In this document: piece after piece, positions 1 through 12,204 of the stretch
How positions within the stretch are numbered: position 1 is the first letter of the stretch
Layout of the letters: the number at the start of each line of letters is the position of its first letter
Source of the DNA: Leucoraja ocellata
Lineage: Eukaryota
Length of the DNA: 64,000 bases
Reading direction: 5' to 3'
Assembly: GCA_036785375.1 (NCBI GenBank)
Contig: JAWMAR010000030.1
Span: 5,580,001-5,644,000, forward strand
The notes under the pieces: model-generated
Told to the model about the DNA's origin: nothing
What the model saw: the letters and a program-made list of their open reading frames with translations, nothing else
Database searches by the model: none
Translations under genes and position numbers: made by a program

Positions 1-435
1 TGCCATCTGCAGATGGCGAGTAAAAATGGGCAATAAATACTGACATTGCCTGCAATCCCTGCATTCTGAAAGGAATGAATATAAAATTGTAATTTGTTCA
101 ATAATTAGCATTAAATGGCAACCTTCACGACAAAGTTGAAATGAGTATTAGCAAATTCAAATCAATGCTTCTCACTGTAATTCGCACTCAACGCTTCTAC
201 ATGTGACAATGATAAACTTAAATCTGGAATTATTAGGTCATTTGTATTAAACTATGCTGATATGAGGATAAGACTAAATAGGCAGCCTGTGCTCTCACAT
301 ACTGCAGTATGTATTTATACTCTGAGAAAATAGTTAATAAACAGTGACCTTTTGATCTATGCGGTTCCCATTGCAGAATTACGAAGCTTTGTAAATTCAG
401 ACTACATTTATCTTTAATTTTTGCATCACACAAAT

Positions 436-1165
436 AGTGAAAGGCTTGGATACAGTGGATTTGGAGAGGATGTTTCCACTAGTGGGAGAGTCTAGGGCCA
501 GAGGTCACAGCCTCAGAATTAAAGGACGTTCCTTTAGCAAGGAGATGAGGAGGAATTTATTTAGTTCGAGGGTGGTGAATCTGTGGCATTCTTTGCCACA
601 GAAGGCTGTGGTCCAAGTCAATTGCATTTTTTTTTAAGGCAGATATAGATAGATTCTTGAATAGTACGTGTGTCAGGGGTTATATGCAGGACGATTATTC
701 CCAATGTTGTGGAAGTCCAGAACTAGGGGTCACAGTTTAAGGATGTCTTTTAGGACCGAGGGAAGTCTTTTAGGACCGAGATGAGAAAATCATTTTTTTA
801 CACAGAGAGTGGTGAATCTGTGGAATTCTCTGCCACAGAAGGTAGTTGAGGCCAGTTCATTGGCTATATTTAAGAGGGAGTTAGATGTGGCCCTTGTGGC
901 TAAAGGGATCAGGGGGTATGAAGAGAAGGCAGGGATGGGATACTGAGTTGGATGATCAGCCATGATCATATCGAATGGCGGTGCAGGCTCGAAGGGCCGA
1001 ATGGCCTACTCCTGCACCTATTTTCTATGTTTCTATGTATAGGGAGAAGGCAAGAGAATGGGGTCAGGAGGGAGTGATAGATCAGCCATGATTGAATGGT
1101 GGAGTAGACTTGATGGGCTGAATGGCCTAATACTGTGCCTACCACTTATGACCTTATGACCTTGT
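436..1165 (+). mobile_element. CR1 LINE 3' fragment with a second CR1 fragment (about 684-1037) nested inside
   Basis: ORF MKGLDTVD..RGHSLRIKG..RVVNLW (CR1 ORF2 C-terminus); inner copy ends in (ttctatgt)n, outer copy ends in (ttatgacc)n. Confidence 0.9.
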
Positions 1166-1789
1166 GGCTAATGTGTTTTCATCTTTGTAGTCTCAGGGTA
1201 AACACAGAGCACAGTGAAGGGGAAGTAAAACCTGCTGAGGATGAGGGCAGGATTGGAGAGTGTCATTTTCTATTAACTTCCACATGGGTAATTCCATACT
1301 CCTCCAGCAACAGCAAGAAATTTGTTGAGCGTTATTTACCTTGACGGGGTAATGCTCTAATAATGACCTTGGAATCTACCGTTCAGTGATTTTCTTTGCA
1401 ACTTAGCCATATGTTCATGTCCTGGAGTGCCAGAGTCTCAAACTAAAATACAGCCGTATAACTCCTGTCAACACGAGTGCAGGGCCCTTGATGATAAGCC
1501 ATTCCCTCTTGGTGTTACATCCAAATCTTTAGTTTACGCACATTGTAGTATCAGACAAAATTGCACATTCAAGAAGCAAAACTTAATTTCAAGTGTTCAT
1601 AAAATAAATATTTTCGAGTTGGAGATGAAAGACTTGCTCCTCTGAACTTGATGTCTAAGTGTCATGCTCTGTAGCTATGCATCTTTCCTCTGTTGCTGCA
1701 AGTAATGAGCCCATTGGCATGGGTCCAAATCATTACATCCAAAGCAAGACAAAGAGAGAGTGCATGAAACTAACATGGATTTGAATTGG

Positions 1790-2280
1790 CGTTGAAAACT
1801 TACCATTAAGCTGGAATGTGTGTAGAAAAGATTTATGAGGATGTTGTCGGGACATGAGGGCCTGAGCTATAGGAAGAAGGTGGGCAGGCTACGATTGTTC
1901 CTTGGAGTGCAGGAAGCTGAGAGGTGATCTTATAGAGATGTATAAAATCATGAGAGGAATATAAGATGTGAATACGCAGACTTTTATTTTCTCAGGGTAG
2001 GGAAATCAAGAACAAAAGGGCATAGGGGAGAGGGCAAATATTTAACAGGAGCCTGAGGGGCAACTTTTTATGGGTATATGGAACAAGTTGCCAGAGAAAG
2101 TAGTTGAGGCAGGCACAATAACAGCATTTAAAATACATTTGGGCAGGTACATGGAAAGGAAATGTTTAGAGGGATAAGAGGCAAATGCAGGAAACTAGGA
2201 CCAGCTTAGTTGGGGTATCTTGGCTGGCACGGATGAGTCGGGCTGAAGGGCCTGTTTCCATGCTCTAGGACTCTATGAGT
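1790..2280 (+). mobile_element. Degraded CR1 LINE 3' end
   Basis: CR1 ORF2 C-terminal motifs and gggctgaagggcctgtttcc tail. Confidence 0.85.
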
Positions 2281-3210
2281 AGTGCAAATGAGCCAACAGC
2301 TGGTGATTTTCCATGTGTGGCTTTACATCTGCTCTTCAGGTCACATTGGACTGAGATAAATTCTGGACATTGGTGTGTGTCTGGTTTATCCCAACAATAA
2401 CCTTATCCGTATGTCCTAAATTAGGGAAAGAAGCAGAAGCAAACCTTGAACTAAACAAGAAAGATCAATCTCACATTGGGCTACACATTAAACAAAATGT
2501 AATGTGATAACAACTGTAAAATGTTTGTTGTTTTGGCAAATATGGAACAGGGTATGTCAGACGTGCTTTCCAGAAGCCTCCAAAGCGCATTGTATGTCAA
2601 CACGGATCGCAGAAATTATTTCATCTTGTGGCTATTTCCTTTTGTTTGCCTTTGTTGACAGTTTGCAAAAATCTGGCCAATTTATTCCAACATACTCTTA
2701 TTGACAGGACATTTATTTTTAGTACACGTTTAATATATTTCTTCTGTCAGAACTGAGTCAGTTACAATAAATTGAATGGACTATGTATTTCAAAAACAAT
2801 GTTGACATTTTGATAATGCTTGTGGCCTCTTTGTACATTTTATTAAGATCAAGAAAGCTTTTGCAATAAAAATGTTAATCAGAATTAGATTCATAGTTAA
2901 ATACAAAGATTTCAAACTGCTAAAGCAAGTATTTGGAATATTTCCTGATTGTAGTAATTGTATTTGTTTTAACATCAGCACAAAATTTATCAGTCATTAT
3001 TAATAATAACAATTAATAATACATAATGAATACAAAATCTTAATGCAATACTTGTGTGAGATTTTCCATAATATTGGTTAATGTATTAATTGAAACATTT
3101 TAATAAGAAGCTCATTGCATTCCACCCAAATAACAGATTATATGATGCATTGGAATGAAATTAAGTAATTGTATTGCACAATAGGAGCAAACGTCGCTCC
3201 CCTTCACCCT

Positions 3211-3239
3211 CCCCCCCCCCCCCCCCCCCCCCCCCCCCC
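3211..3239. repeat. Poly-C homopolymer (C29)
   Basis: Direct read; explains the poly-Pro and poly-Gly ORFs. Confidence 0.95.
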
Positions 3240-4477
3240 ACTGCCACCATCTCCCGCATCCGACATCGACAAGGTCTATTACCACAGCTCCACCTTCACA
3301 CCTGGTAAATTTACCCCTTCCCTGATATGTGGAACTTTCAAATCTTGCGGCATTTCCACCGATGTCCAACCAAGCCAATTTTGGAATGAGAGTTTGCCAC
3401 ATGTGCCATAAAGGAAATTGTCATTGACTAAGAATCTGATCTGCAATTCTTTAGTCTTACTGGCACCTACTGTGGAACTGATGAAACTATTCATTGGTGG
3501 CACATGTCACTGGGCCCACAAAACCATCGATCTCATTCTTGAACATACTCAATTATTGAGAGCATCAATTCCTTCGAAGTGGAGAAATTCCCGAGATTCT
3601 CAATTGTAAGAGGTCGACATTTCCTGAGTTTCTGACATCTGTCTTGCAGTATCCCAAGACACTGCAGCACCATCCCAACACTGTCAGCAACAGCACTAAA
3701 TTGAATGAGAAATAATGACAGGATGGAGGCACTGAACAAGCTGACTCCAGAGTTTGATAAGCTATGCCGATAACTCCTCAAGTCAAGGGAAACAGTTTCA
3801 TCAGGCTAAGAGGTTATTGTGCACAAATAAATATGAACGTGTGGTGTGACTTTAATGAGTCAACGTTTGAATAATAATTCTGCCTTTACATTAGCAGAAA
3901 TCCACGTTGGAAATCTTAGAATAACTGATATAATACGATACGATACGATGGCACTTTATTGTAATACATTATTATCACAGAAGGTGTTAAATTGAGATGC
4001 TAATAAAAGGGCGAACAGAGAACCAGGAGAAGACTTTCGTCACTTCGAGGCTGTTTCGCCATTCAAAGAGATCATGACTGGTGAATGATTTGAAAGTGAA
4101 CTGAATCTGCATCTCCGTCAGAGGCTAAATTCCAGTTGATAGTAACTCACTGAGTAAAAATAGAAATTGTCCTCATCTTACCCTGCCTTTTTTTTGCCAG
4201 GTAAATGGTATTTGTTTTCTAGAGGCCAGAGAAGGTTGGATGTGAAGTGGCGCACTATTTTATGCGGATCTTGTACAGGGAAAACTTCAACTGTTGATCT
4301 GAATTTGATGGAAAGCCATTAACCGTTACTGAGCTCTTTCACCTCTCGTCTCTTCAGCTGTTTGACCTCCACTCTCCCTAAAATGACCAGAGTATATTGT
4401 GACTAACAGATCAGAGGAGGCAAAATAATGGCCTTGTGTAATTTGCCTCAAGACTCTTCAAGTGATAGTGGCAGAAT

Positions 4478-4650
4478 TCCGTGGAAATGCCTTCTGAGGC
4501 AATGAATTCCAAAGATTCACCACCCTCTGACTAAAGAGATCCCACCTCATCTTCCTAAATGAACATCTTTTTATTCTGAGGCTATGACCTCTGGTCCTAG
4601 ACTTTCCCACTAGTGAAAACATCCTCTCCACATCCACTCTATCTGGGCCT
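4478..4650 (-). mobile_element. CR1 LINE fragment
   Basis: Minus ORF DRVDVERMFSLVGKSRTRGHSLRIK..FSQRVVNLWNSLPQ. Confidence 0.88.
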
Positions 4651-5039
4651 TCACCCTCTTCTTGGGTGTTTGCCTTCAGCGAAACCTGAATGGAACCTGT
4701 GTCCAAAAATGTAACTTTTTTTATTTTCTTAAGCAATCTTCCAAATTCCAACTATCTTCATATATGGCACGAAACCCAACATAAAAACTGCAGGCCCCCT
4801 TGAATTATTATCTCACCTTGGTAAAATATGAACAGTGAATATTTAGAACAGCAAGGAACCCACCAGCACAGCGTAACTGGCACCAAGCCAACTGAATGGT
4901 CCTGCTTGAGTAAAGTATCAGACAAGAGAACTATGTATTAGCTCTGCTACTGCCTTCCACAATGCCATTTTAATTTATGGTCATTATTACCGGTTCAGCA
5001 CTTGGATCAGAGACCAAAACAGTTCAATTGCATGCATTT

Positions 5040-5314
5040 CTGGCTTCCTTACTTAATATCCTTGCATTGGAGGCTATTCAAAGAAGGTGAATTCCAAAAG
5101 GGGCTTTCAAGGCCAAGAACAACAGATTTTCAGACGAGGGAGTTGAGAGTTGCGGTCAATAGGGAAAAGAGTGGATCTGCGTCCAAATTTGGACCAGACT
5201 TTTTGAATGGTGAACCAGGCCTGAGGGGCCATTTTCTTGTCCATATTATCCACCTGGTATAAGCTGCCAGGGGAAGCAGTAGAAGTACAACTTTTAAGAG
5301 GCATTTGGACAGAT
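5040..5314 (+). mobile_element. Degraded CR1 LINE fragment
   Basis: Resembles other CR1 3' copies here (aagctgccagggg..agtagaag..cttttaagaggcatttggacagatac). Confidence 0.6.
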
Positions 5315-5693
5315 ACGCTGCCAGGGGAAGTGGCGGCGCTGTCTTTGTCCTTCTTTATTTTTTCTTATGTCTTGTTGGACGTATGTTTTAGTTTATTTTT
5401 AGTTGTGTATGTGTGGGGGGCGGGGTAAACTTGTTTTAGTCTCTTCCTTTGGGGGGGATGCGACCGTTTCTTTGTTGTATCTCTGTCTCCATCTCCGTCT
5501 GCGCTGAGGCTTAATCGCGGAGTTGGCGGCCTACAACTGGGGCCGACCTCGAGGCTCCGGAGACAGAGCCAGGACTCACCATCACAAAATGGCCGACTTC
5601 GGGGCTGTGGCGACGCTGCGGTGGCGGCCCGACTTCGGGCCCTCGGAGGCTTCGGCCGCGGGCCCAGTGGCCGACAACATTGGGAGCTCGCAG
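5315..5693. repeat. GC/CpG-rich interspersed repeat of unassigned class
   Basis: Abrupt GC and CpG rise with internal repeat ccgacttcggg x2; probably a young TE piece. Confidence 0.5.
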
Positions 5694-5879
5694 TTCAATT
5701 GAATTGAATGGTGAAACATATTTAAGATGACTGGCCTATTCCTATTTTTTCTGTTTCCCAAGGACCTCATGTTGAGGAAACTGTCAAAAGTTTAGAAAGG
5801 GAAAGCTTGAACAGTAAAGCAAAAAGGCATGCTTATAAATGGTGACTTTATTAACCATAAGCCAACCCCAGGTTCTTAA

Positions 5880-6222
5880 CAGGCTGTGAAATCCTTTTGA
5901 AGTGGATTTAGTTGTAATGTGGGAAACATGGCAACAATGTGATAATGCTCATATAGTTTTAGTGATGGTGACTGAAGTATAAATATTGGCCAGTGCACTC
6001 GGGGGAACTCACCAGAGTTCCTTTGAAATAATGTCACAGGACTTTTTGTGAATTCTCTGAAGTTTATTGTGTCATCTGAAATGTGGACCCTGAGTGCACT
6101 ATTCCACTGTAGTGGACTGGAATTTAGACTAGAATTATGTGCCCTAATATCTAGAATGAGATTTGGGCTCTTAATCCTCTGACCTTCAGGCAAGAATGTT
6201 CTCGACTGACCCTTAGCTGACA
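5880..6222 (-). mobile_element. Ancient Deu-domain SINE (SacSINE1/AmnSINE-like)
   Basis: aaatattggccag..gggggaactc..tttgaaataatgtcacagga matches the reverse complement of the Deu core (recalled). Confidence 0.7.
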
Positions 6223-6272
6223 GCTTTACTTTATGTCATTCAATCATCTTCCTTCCCTTTCATCCTGAAGTT

Positions 6273-6342
6273 AGATGGACACAAAATGTTGGAGTAACTC
6301 AGCGGGGCAGGCAGCATTGGAGAGAAGGAATGGGTGACGTTC
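6273..6342 (-). mobile_element. Short Penelope terminal-repeat insert with 14-bp TSD
   Basis: TSD ttcatcctgaagtt (6259-6272) / ttcatcctaaagtt (6343-6356). Confidence 0.8.
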
Positions 6343-7195
6343 TTCATCCTAAAGTTGTCTGCTTGTTAGGATACAATTTCAGAAGCAGCATTCCCATGTG
6401 ACCATTTTTGTGTGACCCTCATCCATAATTTAGCAGTGGCCTGAGCCTCTACGTCAGTAGAAGCAAATCTGAAGTTGTGCAAGTGTCACCACAGCTCAAA
6501 TGCAAGAAATCATGTCAAATTTTATTCTCTAGTCCAATGCTGACACGACCAAGCTTGGCATCCCTCCATACTCAGATGGAGATTTGTCAATGTAGCACAG
6601 ATCAGCATCAGATCTAGTCCTAACCAAGGTATCCACTGTAGAAATGCCTGAAGGCTCCTTGTGAATGAACTCAATTCAAAATACACAGTTCTGTACAGTT
6701 GAGAAATGGAGTAAAACATTTTCACGTACATTTCTGGATATATTAGCGTCGATTGAGAAAGTTAACTGAATTTCTGATAGCATCTTTTATTGCTTTCTCC
6801 TCTCTCTAGTATAAACAAGCCCCACCAAACGAGGTCAATGGTAATGCACTATTCATCTGTGATGACATTATCAACTACGCTGGTCTGAAGGAAAAAAGGG
6901 TTATACTCACCCCATTCCTCTGAAACTGTGCAGTTTAGAGCGCCTTCATTTCGAACTACATTCTTGTCTTACTGAGACCTGTAGCTTCCACCGATTTCCA
7001 ATACAACCTAAGCTGAGATCGCCACATTTCCAGATCTTCGCAGTGCAGGCATTCAGAGTCTATGTTCATGGTCGTGACATAGATCTCCCCGATACCTTCC
7101 TACCAGGAGTATCTTGCTGGAGGCTCCAATCCTCCTGCACAAAGGACAGGCCTCCAGTGGGCACTAATTGTTGCCAGTGGCACTAGATCCCGATG

Positions 7196-7522
7196 TGTAG
7201 GAAAGAACTGCAGATGCTGGTGTAAATCAAAGGTAGACACAAAATGCTGGAATAACTCAGCAGGACAGGCAGTATCTCTGGAGAGACAGTAAGACTGGTG
7301 GGAGAACTGGGAAGGTGAAGGGGATGGAGAGAGAGGGAAAGCAAGAGCTATTTGAAGTTAGAGAAGTCAATGTTCACTGTCTCCGACTACATTCCATATC
7401 TCTGACCCGCCCACTTCCCTGACATCAGTCTGAAGAAGAGTCGCAACCCGAAACGTCACCCATTCCTTCACTCCAGAAATGCTGCCTGTCCCACTGAGTT
7501 ACTCCAGCATTTTGTGTCTACC
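7196..7522. mobile_element. Penelope-derived insert, inverted (minus then plus) structure, 11-bp TSD
   Basis: TSD agatcccgatg (7185-7195) / agatccctatg (7523-7533); includes the reverse complement of the NIDFSNFK ORF end and a hammerhead-like core at 7430-7457. Confidence 0.85.
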
Positions 7523-7950
7523 AGATCCCTATGCTCCCTGGAGCACTGTCTCGCCCCCTCTCATTACTTCAGCTTCTAATCATTCAACAGTCTCTGGAGG
7601 AGTGTTGCTTGCATTGTGTTCAGCCCTATGATGGGCTGGCTTCATAGGTCATACCTGCAAGCCCTGGTGTTGTCTTCTGTGGGAATTTACTGTGGGTAAG
7701 CTGAGAATACCTCACTGAGAATGATGCAGCAAAGCACCGCACAGTGAAACCCCGGATGTGGTCCTGTGAACCTCACTATAGGATTTCAATCTTACTGTGA
7801 CTTCCATAAATCATCTGATCGTTCAGTATTAAAATAATTTCTTATCCAGTATGTTTTATTTGGAACTGAAATCCAATATTAAGAATCCTTTTATGGTTTG
7901 AAAAGGTTAAATTGTTGCACAATTTTCTGATCATATCCTTAGGAATATTC

Positions 7951-8253
7951 AGTTTTAGTTTAGAGAAACAGGCCCTTCAGCCCACCAAGTCCGCGTCAAC
8001 CAAGTACTTGGTGAAAAATGCAAAATACCCTATAACACACGAGGGACAATTTTGCATTTTTCACCAAGCCAATTAACCTACAAACCTGTACATCTGTGGA
8101 GTGTGGGAGGAAACCGAAGATCTTGGACAAAACCCATGCAGGTCACGGGGAGAACGTACAAACTCTGTACAGACAAGCACCCCCGAGTAGGTATCGAACC
8201 CGGGTCTCTGACGCTGTAAGGCAGTAACTCTATCATTAAGCCACCATGCCACC
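7951..8253 (-). mobile_element. tRNA-derived V-SINE (HE1-like)
   Basis: Reverse strand shows a tRNA head with B box (gggttcgatacc), V-core (ggtttcctcccacactcc) and a CR1-like tail. Confidence 0.85.
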
Positions 8254-8649
8254 CAATATACCATCATTTTAGTGGTTGCCTTCTGAGTGACAATAAAAGA
8301 TGAACAATGAACATATCATGAAGAATTCGTATTTGAATAAAAATAAGGAGATCTTTAATTATATTTTATATTTTATACTAGCAATAAAATGAATATTTTG
8401 CCACATCCAAAGTTTTTGAATAATTATATTTAACTAATGAGCGTTGGTTTTGGAAGCATCATCTAAGGAGAATTCTGGAGCTTATCTATTGATCACATTA
8501 TTACTGGTCGTTAAATTGACAATGGCAGTGTTAACTATTTAACAAATTTGGTTTATCAACATTAAATTCCTTCCACGTTGACCAATGATTCCAAAGTGGC
8601 TACAAATGGGCTGGACTAAAAAACCTTGGTGCCCTTTCTTAACTCCCAA

Positions 8650-9005
8650 TCTCCCATCTCGCCGCCCTTGAGTGACCTACATTTGTTCTTCGTTCAGTAA
8701 ACATCTAACACTAACGTTAACGCCTTCAAATTCCACCATTGATAAATCCCTTCCCCTCTGTAATCTCCTCCAGCCCCCCAACCCTCCAGCACACTTGTGC
8801 TCCACCTGGTCTGGTGATCCTCCTTAATTTTATCATTCTATTAACGTTGCTTTCAGCTGCCATTGCCTTAAGCTCTGGAATTCTCTGCCTAAACCTCTCC
8901 AATCCTTCCTCCACTTTTTGCTCCTTTAAGATGCTTCTCAAATCCTAACCTTGTGATCAAGGTCTCCAAGTGCATCTCTTTTATGTGTCTCACTTCCGTA
9001 AACCA
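8650..9005 (+). mobile_element. Old L2-type LINE 3' fragment
   Basis: ttcagctgcc..taagctctggaattctctgcctaaacctctc..cctttaagatgct; similar piece at 54655-54810. Confidence 0.6.
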
Positions 9006-9043
9006 CTTTCAGACATTTTACAAGATTAAAGACACTGTATACA

Positions 9044-9179
9044 AAGAATGTCTGAAGAAGGGTCTCGACCCGAAAAGTCGCCCATTCCTTCTCTCCAGAG
9101 ATGCTGCCTGTCCCGTTGAGTTACTCCAGCATTTTGTGTCTATCTTTGATTTAAACCAGCATCTGCAGTTCTTTCCTAC
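9044..9179 (+). mobile_element. Penelope terminal-repeat insert
   Basis: ctgaagaagggtctcgacccgaaa..ttcctaca; probable TSD acactgtataca / acactgtgtgca. Confidence 0.8.
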
Positions 9180-9769
9180 ACACTGTGTGCACGCTGTTGT
9201 TGTTACATGAGAAGGAATACATGGCTGGCAGAATTCTATTAACATTAGCTGTAGATATGCTGCAACTGTAATGTAAACATGGTGTTTAAAGCTGCTTTGA
9301 ATCGTTTATTAATTCCTAGCAGGGGAAATTTAATTTTGATCAATCTATGTGTTTCACCATGACAGTATGTAAATAATTCATGCTGTCATGATGAAACGCA
9401 TATGCCTCTCATTTACTTCAGAGCACTCCTATCTCTTGCTGCTAGTCATAAATGACATTCCCTTTCCCTCATCTATGCTTCATTTTTACTCATTACTTTT
9501 TCTCCATGGCACAGTGTTTGGCACTTGCCCTGCCTCCAGTTAAAGTTGTGTGGGAGGGAACTGAAGGTAGGGACGACAGTTAAAGTCGGCCATCTTTCTC
9601 TCCAAATCACACTGGCTAACTTTTCTCCCATCACTTCCCTCAGCCTCACCAATCACCAACCCTGCACCATACATTCTCTTCCTTTTTTAGCTTCAATCCA
9701 CTCCCAATTTATGCTGGCACGTTTTACCTCCCTCCAGTTTCCTCTTGGCCCTGATCACATGGAAGCCAG

Positions 9770-9961
9770 ACACAAAATGCCGGAATAACCCAGCAGCTCA
9801 GGCAGGATCTCTGGAGAGTGGGAATGGGTGACGTTTCAGGTCGAGACCCGTCTTCAGACGTCTCCCATTCCTACTCTCGAGAGATGCTGCCTGTCCAGCT
9901 GAGTTACTCTGGCAATTTGTGTCTATCTTTGACTTAAACCAGCATCTGCAGTTCTTTTCCA
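9770..9961. mobile_element. Penelope-derived fold-back insert, 14-bp TSD
   Basis: TSD cacatggaagccag (9756-9769) / cacatagaagccag (9962-9975). Confidence 0.85.
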
Positions 9962-11714
9962 CACATAGAAGCCAGTCTCGTCAATCTTCTTATACCCTGT
10001 GTGAGGAACACAGTTTTATTTCCAAAGGTAGGCATCAAAATGCAGTTGATGGCCTAATATGGAGTTGCAGAGTACTTTTTGTTCTCTGCGTTATGATGTA
10101 TTTCAAGATATATGAAAGATAATATTTACTGTAACACCACTCCTTTGTTGAAATTACTCCTTTCTGAGTTTATTATCAGTATACCTAAAATCCACATCAT
10201 TCCGATGTTATTCCTTTGCTCCCGTTTATTTTCCAAAGACCACCAGTCTCTGAAGATAGAGGAATCACATCATTTTACTACTCTCCATTGGAAGATTTAA
10301 AGATAGGTTTTCAGCATGTAGGATTGTTGAATTTTAACTTGGTAAGATTGTTATGACGTTAACTTATAATCCCCTTTTGGCGTGACTCTTGAAAGTGCAA
10401 ACCACATGAGGAGCAGAGAGGGGTGCCAGGTGAATTATATTGAATGTGAGCATGCCAGTGCTTCAATAGGATCCAGCAGGGACCCTCCATGGCTAATATG
10501 AATGGTAAAGGTATGTGCATGCATACAATATGTGTGTACAGCATGCCACTCCAAAAATGCCAGAGCTTCAATTCCTGCACGCCCTCAGTGGTTGGGGAAA
10601 GGATGTCTGAGAAGGGATTAAAATATAGAGACAGTGGTGTAAACATAGCATATGTAAACTCTATTCTTTTCTGAGTCTCAGCAGCTACTGTATACGTTGA
10701 TTAAAGAGAAATAGACAAACCAAAAGAAGATTAATGTTGATTATAACTATTTGTGGCATTTATAATTTTGGTGGCTCTTGATCTTATTTTAACTAAAAAG
10801 CCCTTTCCAACCAGCTACAAAATCCATCTGCTTCCCTTATTGTTTAAGAGTGCAGCCTAAAAATTGTCAGAAGTAATATTAATACAGCTGAAGCTTATTG
10901 TTCCAGAAATTTGATAATTGAACATCGGGATTGATGTGCAAGTGGGGCAGAAAAATTATTTCACATAGTATTTTTGGGAAGCACCCACAGTGAGGTTGGC
11001 CTCAGGCAGACAGAGGATCTGTGACCCGCCCCCACCAATGGGTTAGATACCAAGGGGCAAGAGCTGTTCAGCTCTATCCTGGTGGCTGCAACTACAGCAG
11101 CTGAGGACAGATACGGCAAATCCGTGTTGCTGTTGCTGCTACTACGAAGAATGCCATTGGGCTTCTCAAGATGAGATTCCATTGCTTACACAAGTCTCGG
11201 GTTGTACTGCAGTCCACCAATCTGGCAAGGACTTCTTTGTTGCCAACCCAATCAAAGACAGCAGCCACTGCTGACAGAGGAGCAACCGGGAGACACCAGA
11301 GCCTGAGGAACAGAAGACCCAGGCTGAAGAACGGGAGATTGAAAAAGAACAACAATGGGTGATCCCAGCAAAACACCACATTGTTTTATTCTAGCAGAGC
11401 TAGAGATGGGAGGCAGTGTCTGCACGGGCAAAAATGAACTCCCTGAAAGAGACTTTTTCCCTCAGGAGCCTGCTAAACCAAAGTCCCCAGTGCAGATGAA
11501 ATGATTCTCTTAACACCAACGTAGTTTCCAGTAATTGGCCGAGAGATCCCAGAAGACATATAATTACTCATATCCTCCCTTGCAGGACCACCAACACTGA
11601 TTACAATACTGCTGGTAAAGAATCCTTGATTCAATTAATTAAATGATCAGCTACATTTTTCCTCAGTGCTCAGCCGCTTACTCTGACAGACTTTGTGAGG
11701 ACCAGAAAATTATT

Positions 11715-12143
11715 TTAGACTTTACTTTAAACTTTAGATATACAGCATTTAAACAGGCCATTCAGTCCGCATAGACCAGCGATCGTCTCGTACACTAGCA
11801 TCATCCTATGTATGGGGTGGAAGATTGCAACCTTCACGTGGTCCGCCCTGTTTCGACTAATGCAATCAACTCGACGTGCACAAACTGAAGATCAAATAGA
11901 ACAAGTTGTCCCGCACACGAAAGAAGAAGATCCTACGTATTAGGCACAATTTACAACTTACAGAAGAAAATTAACCTACAAACCTGTATGACTTTGGAGT
12001 GTGGGAGGAAACCAGAGCACCTGGAGAAAACCATGCGGTCCCAGGAAGAACGTACAAACTCCATGCAGACAGCACCTGTTGTCAGGGTCAAACCCGGGTC
12101 TCTGGCACTGTAAGGCAGCAACTCTATCACTACGCTACCATGC
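11715..12143 (-). mobile_element. V-SINE (HE1-like) interrupted by a nested insertion
   Basis: Homologous to 7951-8253. Confidence 0.85.
11814..11929 (+). mobile_element. 5'-truncated non-LTR retroelement 3' end with (GAA)n tail and 11-bp TSD
   Basis: TSD atcctatgtat (11803-11813) / atcctacgtat (11930-11940); ends aagaagaag. Confidence 0.75.
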
Positions 12144-12204
12144 CAGTGATGTCAGTCGACTTATATATTCCTTAAATGAGTGCAAGTTCTCACAGATGGC
12201 AACA

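Noticed and set aside
3112-3411. Poly-Pro and poly-Gly ORFs
   Set aside because: Produced by a C29 homopolymer; no splice or homology support.
5745-5845. Strong acceptor ttttttctgtttcccaAG followed by GPHVEE..
   Set aside because: Not Gly-X-Y, no convincing donor, and no similarity to the COL13A1 NC1 region.
7951-8253. tRNA-like A/B boxes
   Set aside because: SINE heads, not tRNA genes; no cloverleaf, and followed by V-core and LINE tail.
10960-11600. Overlapping ORFs with a coding-like feel
   Set aside because: Short, stops in all frames, no recognisable domain.
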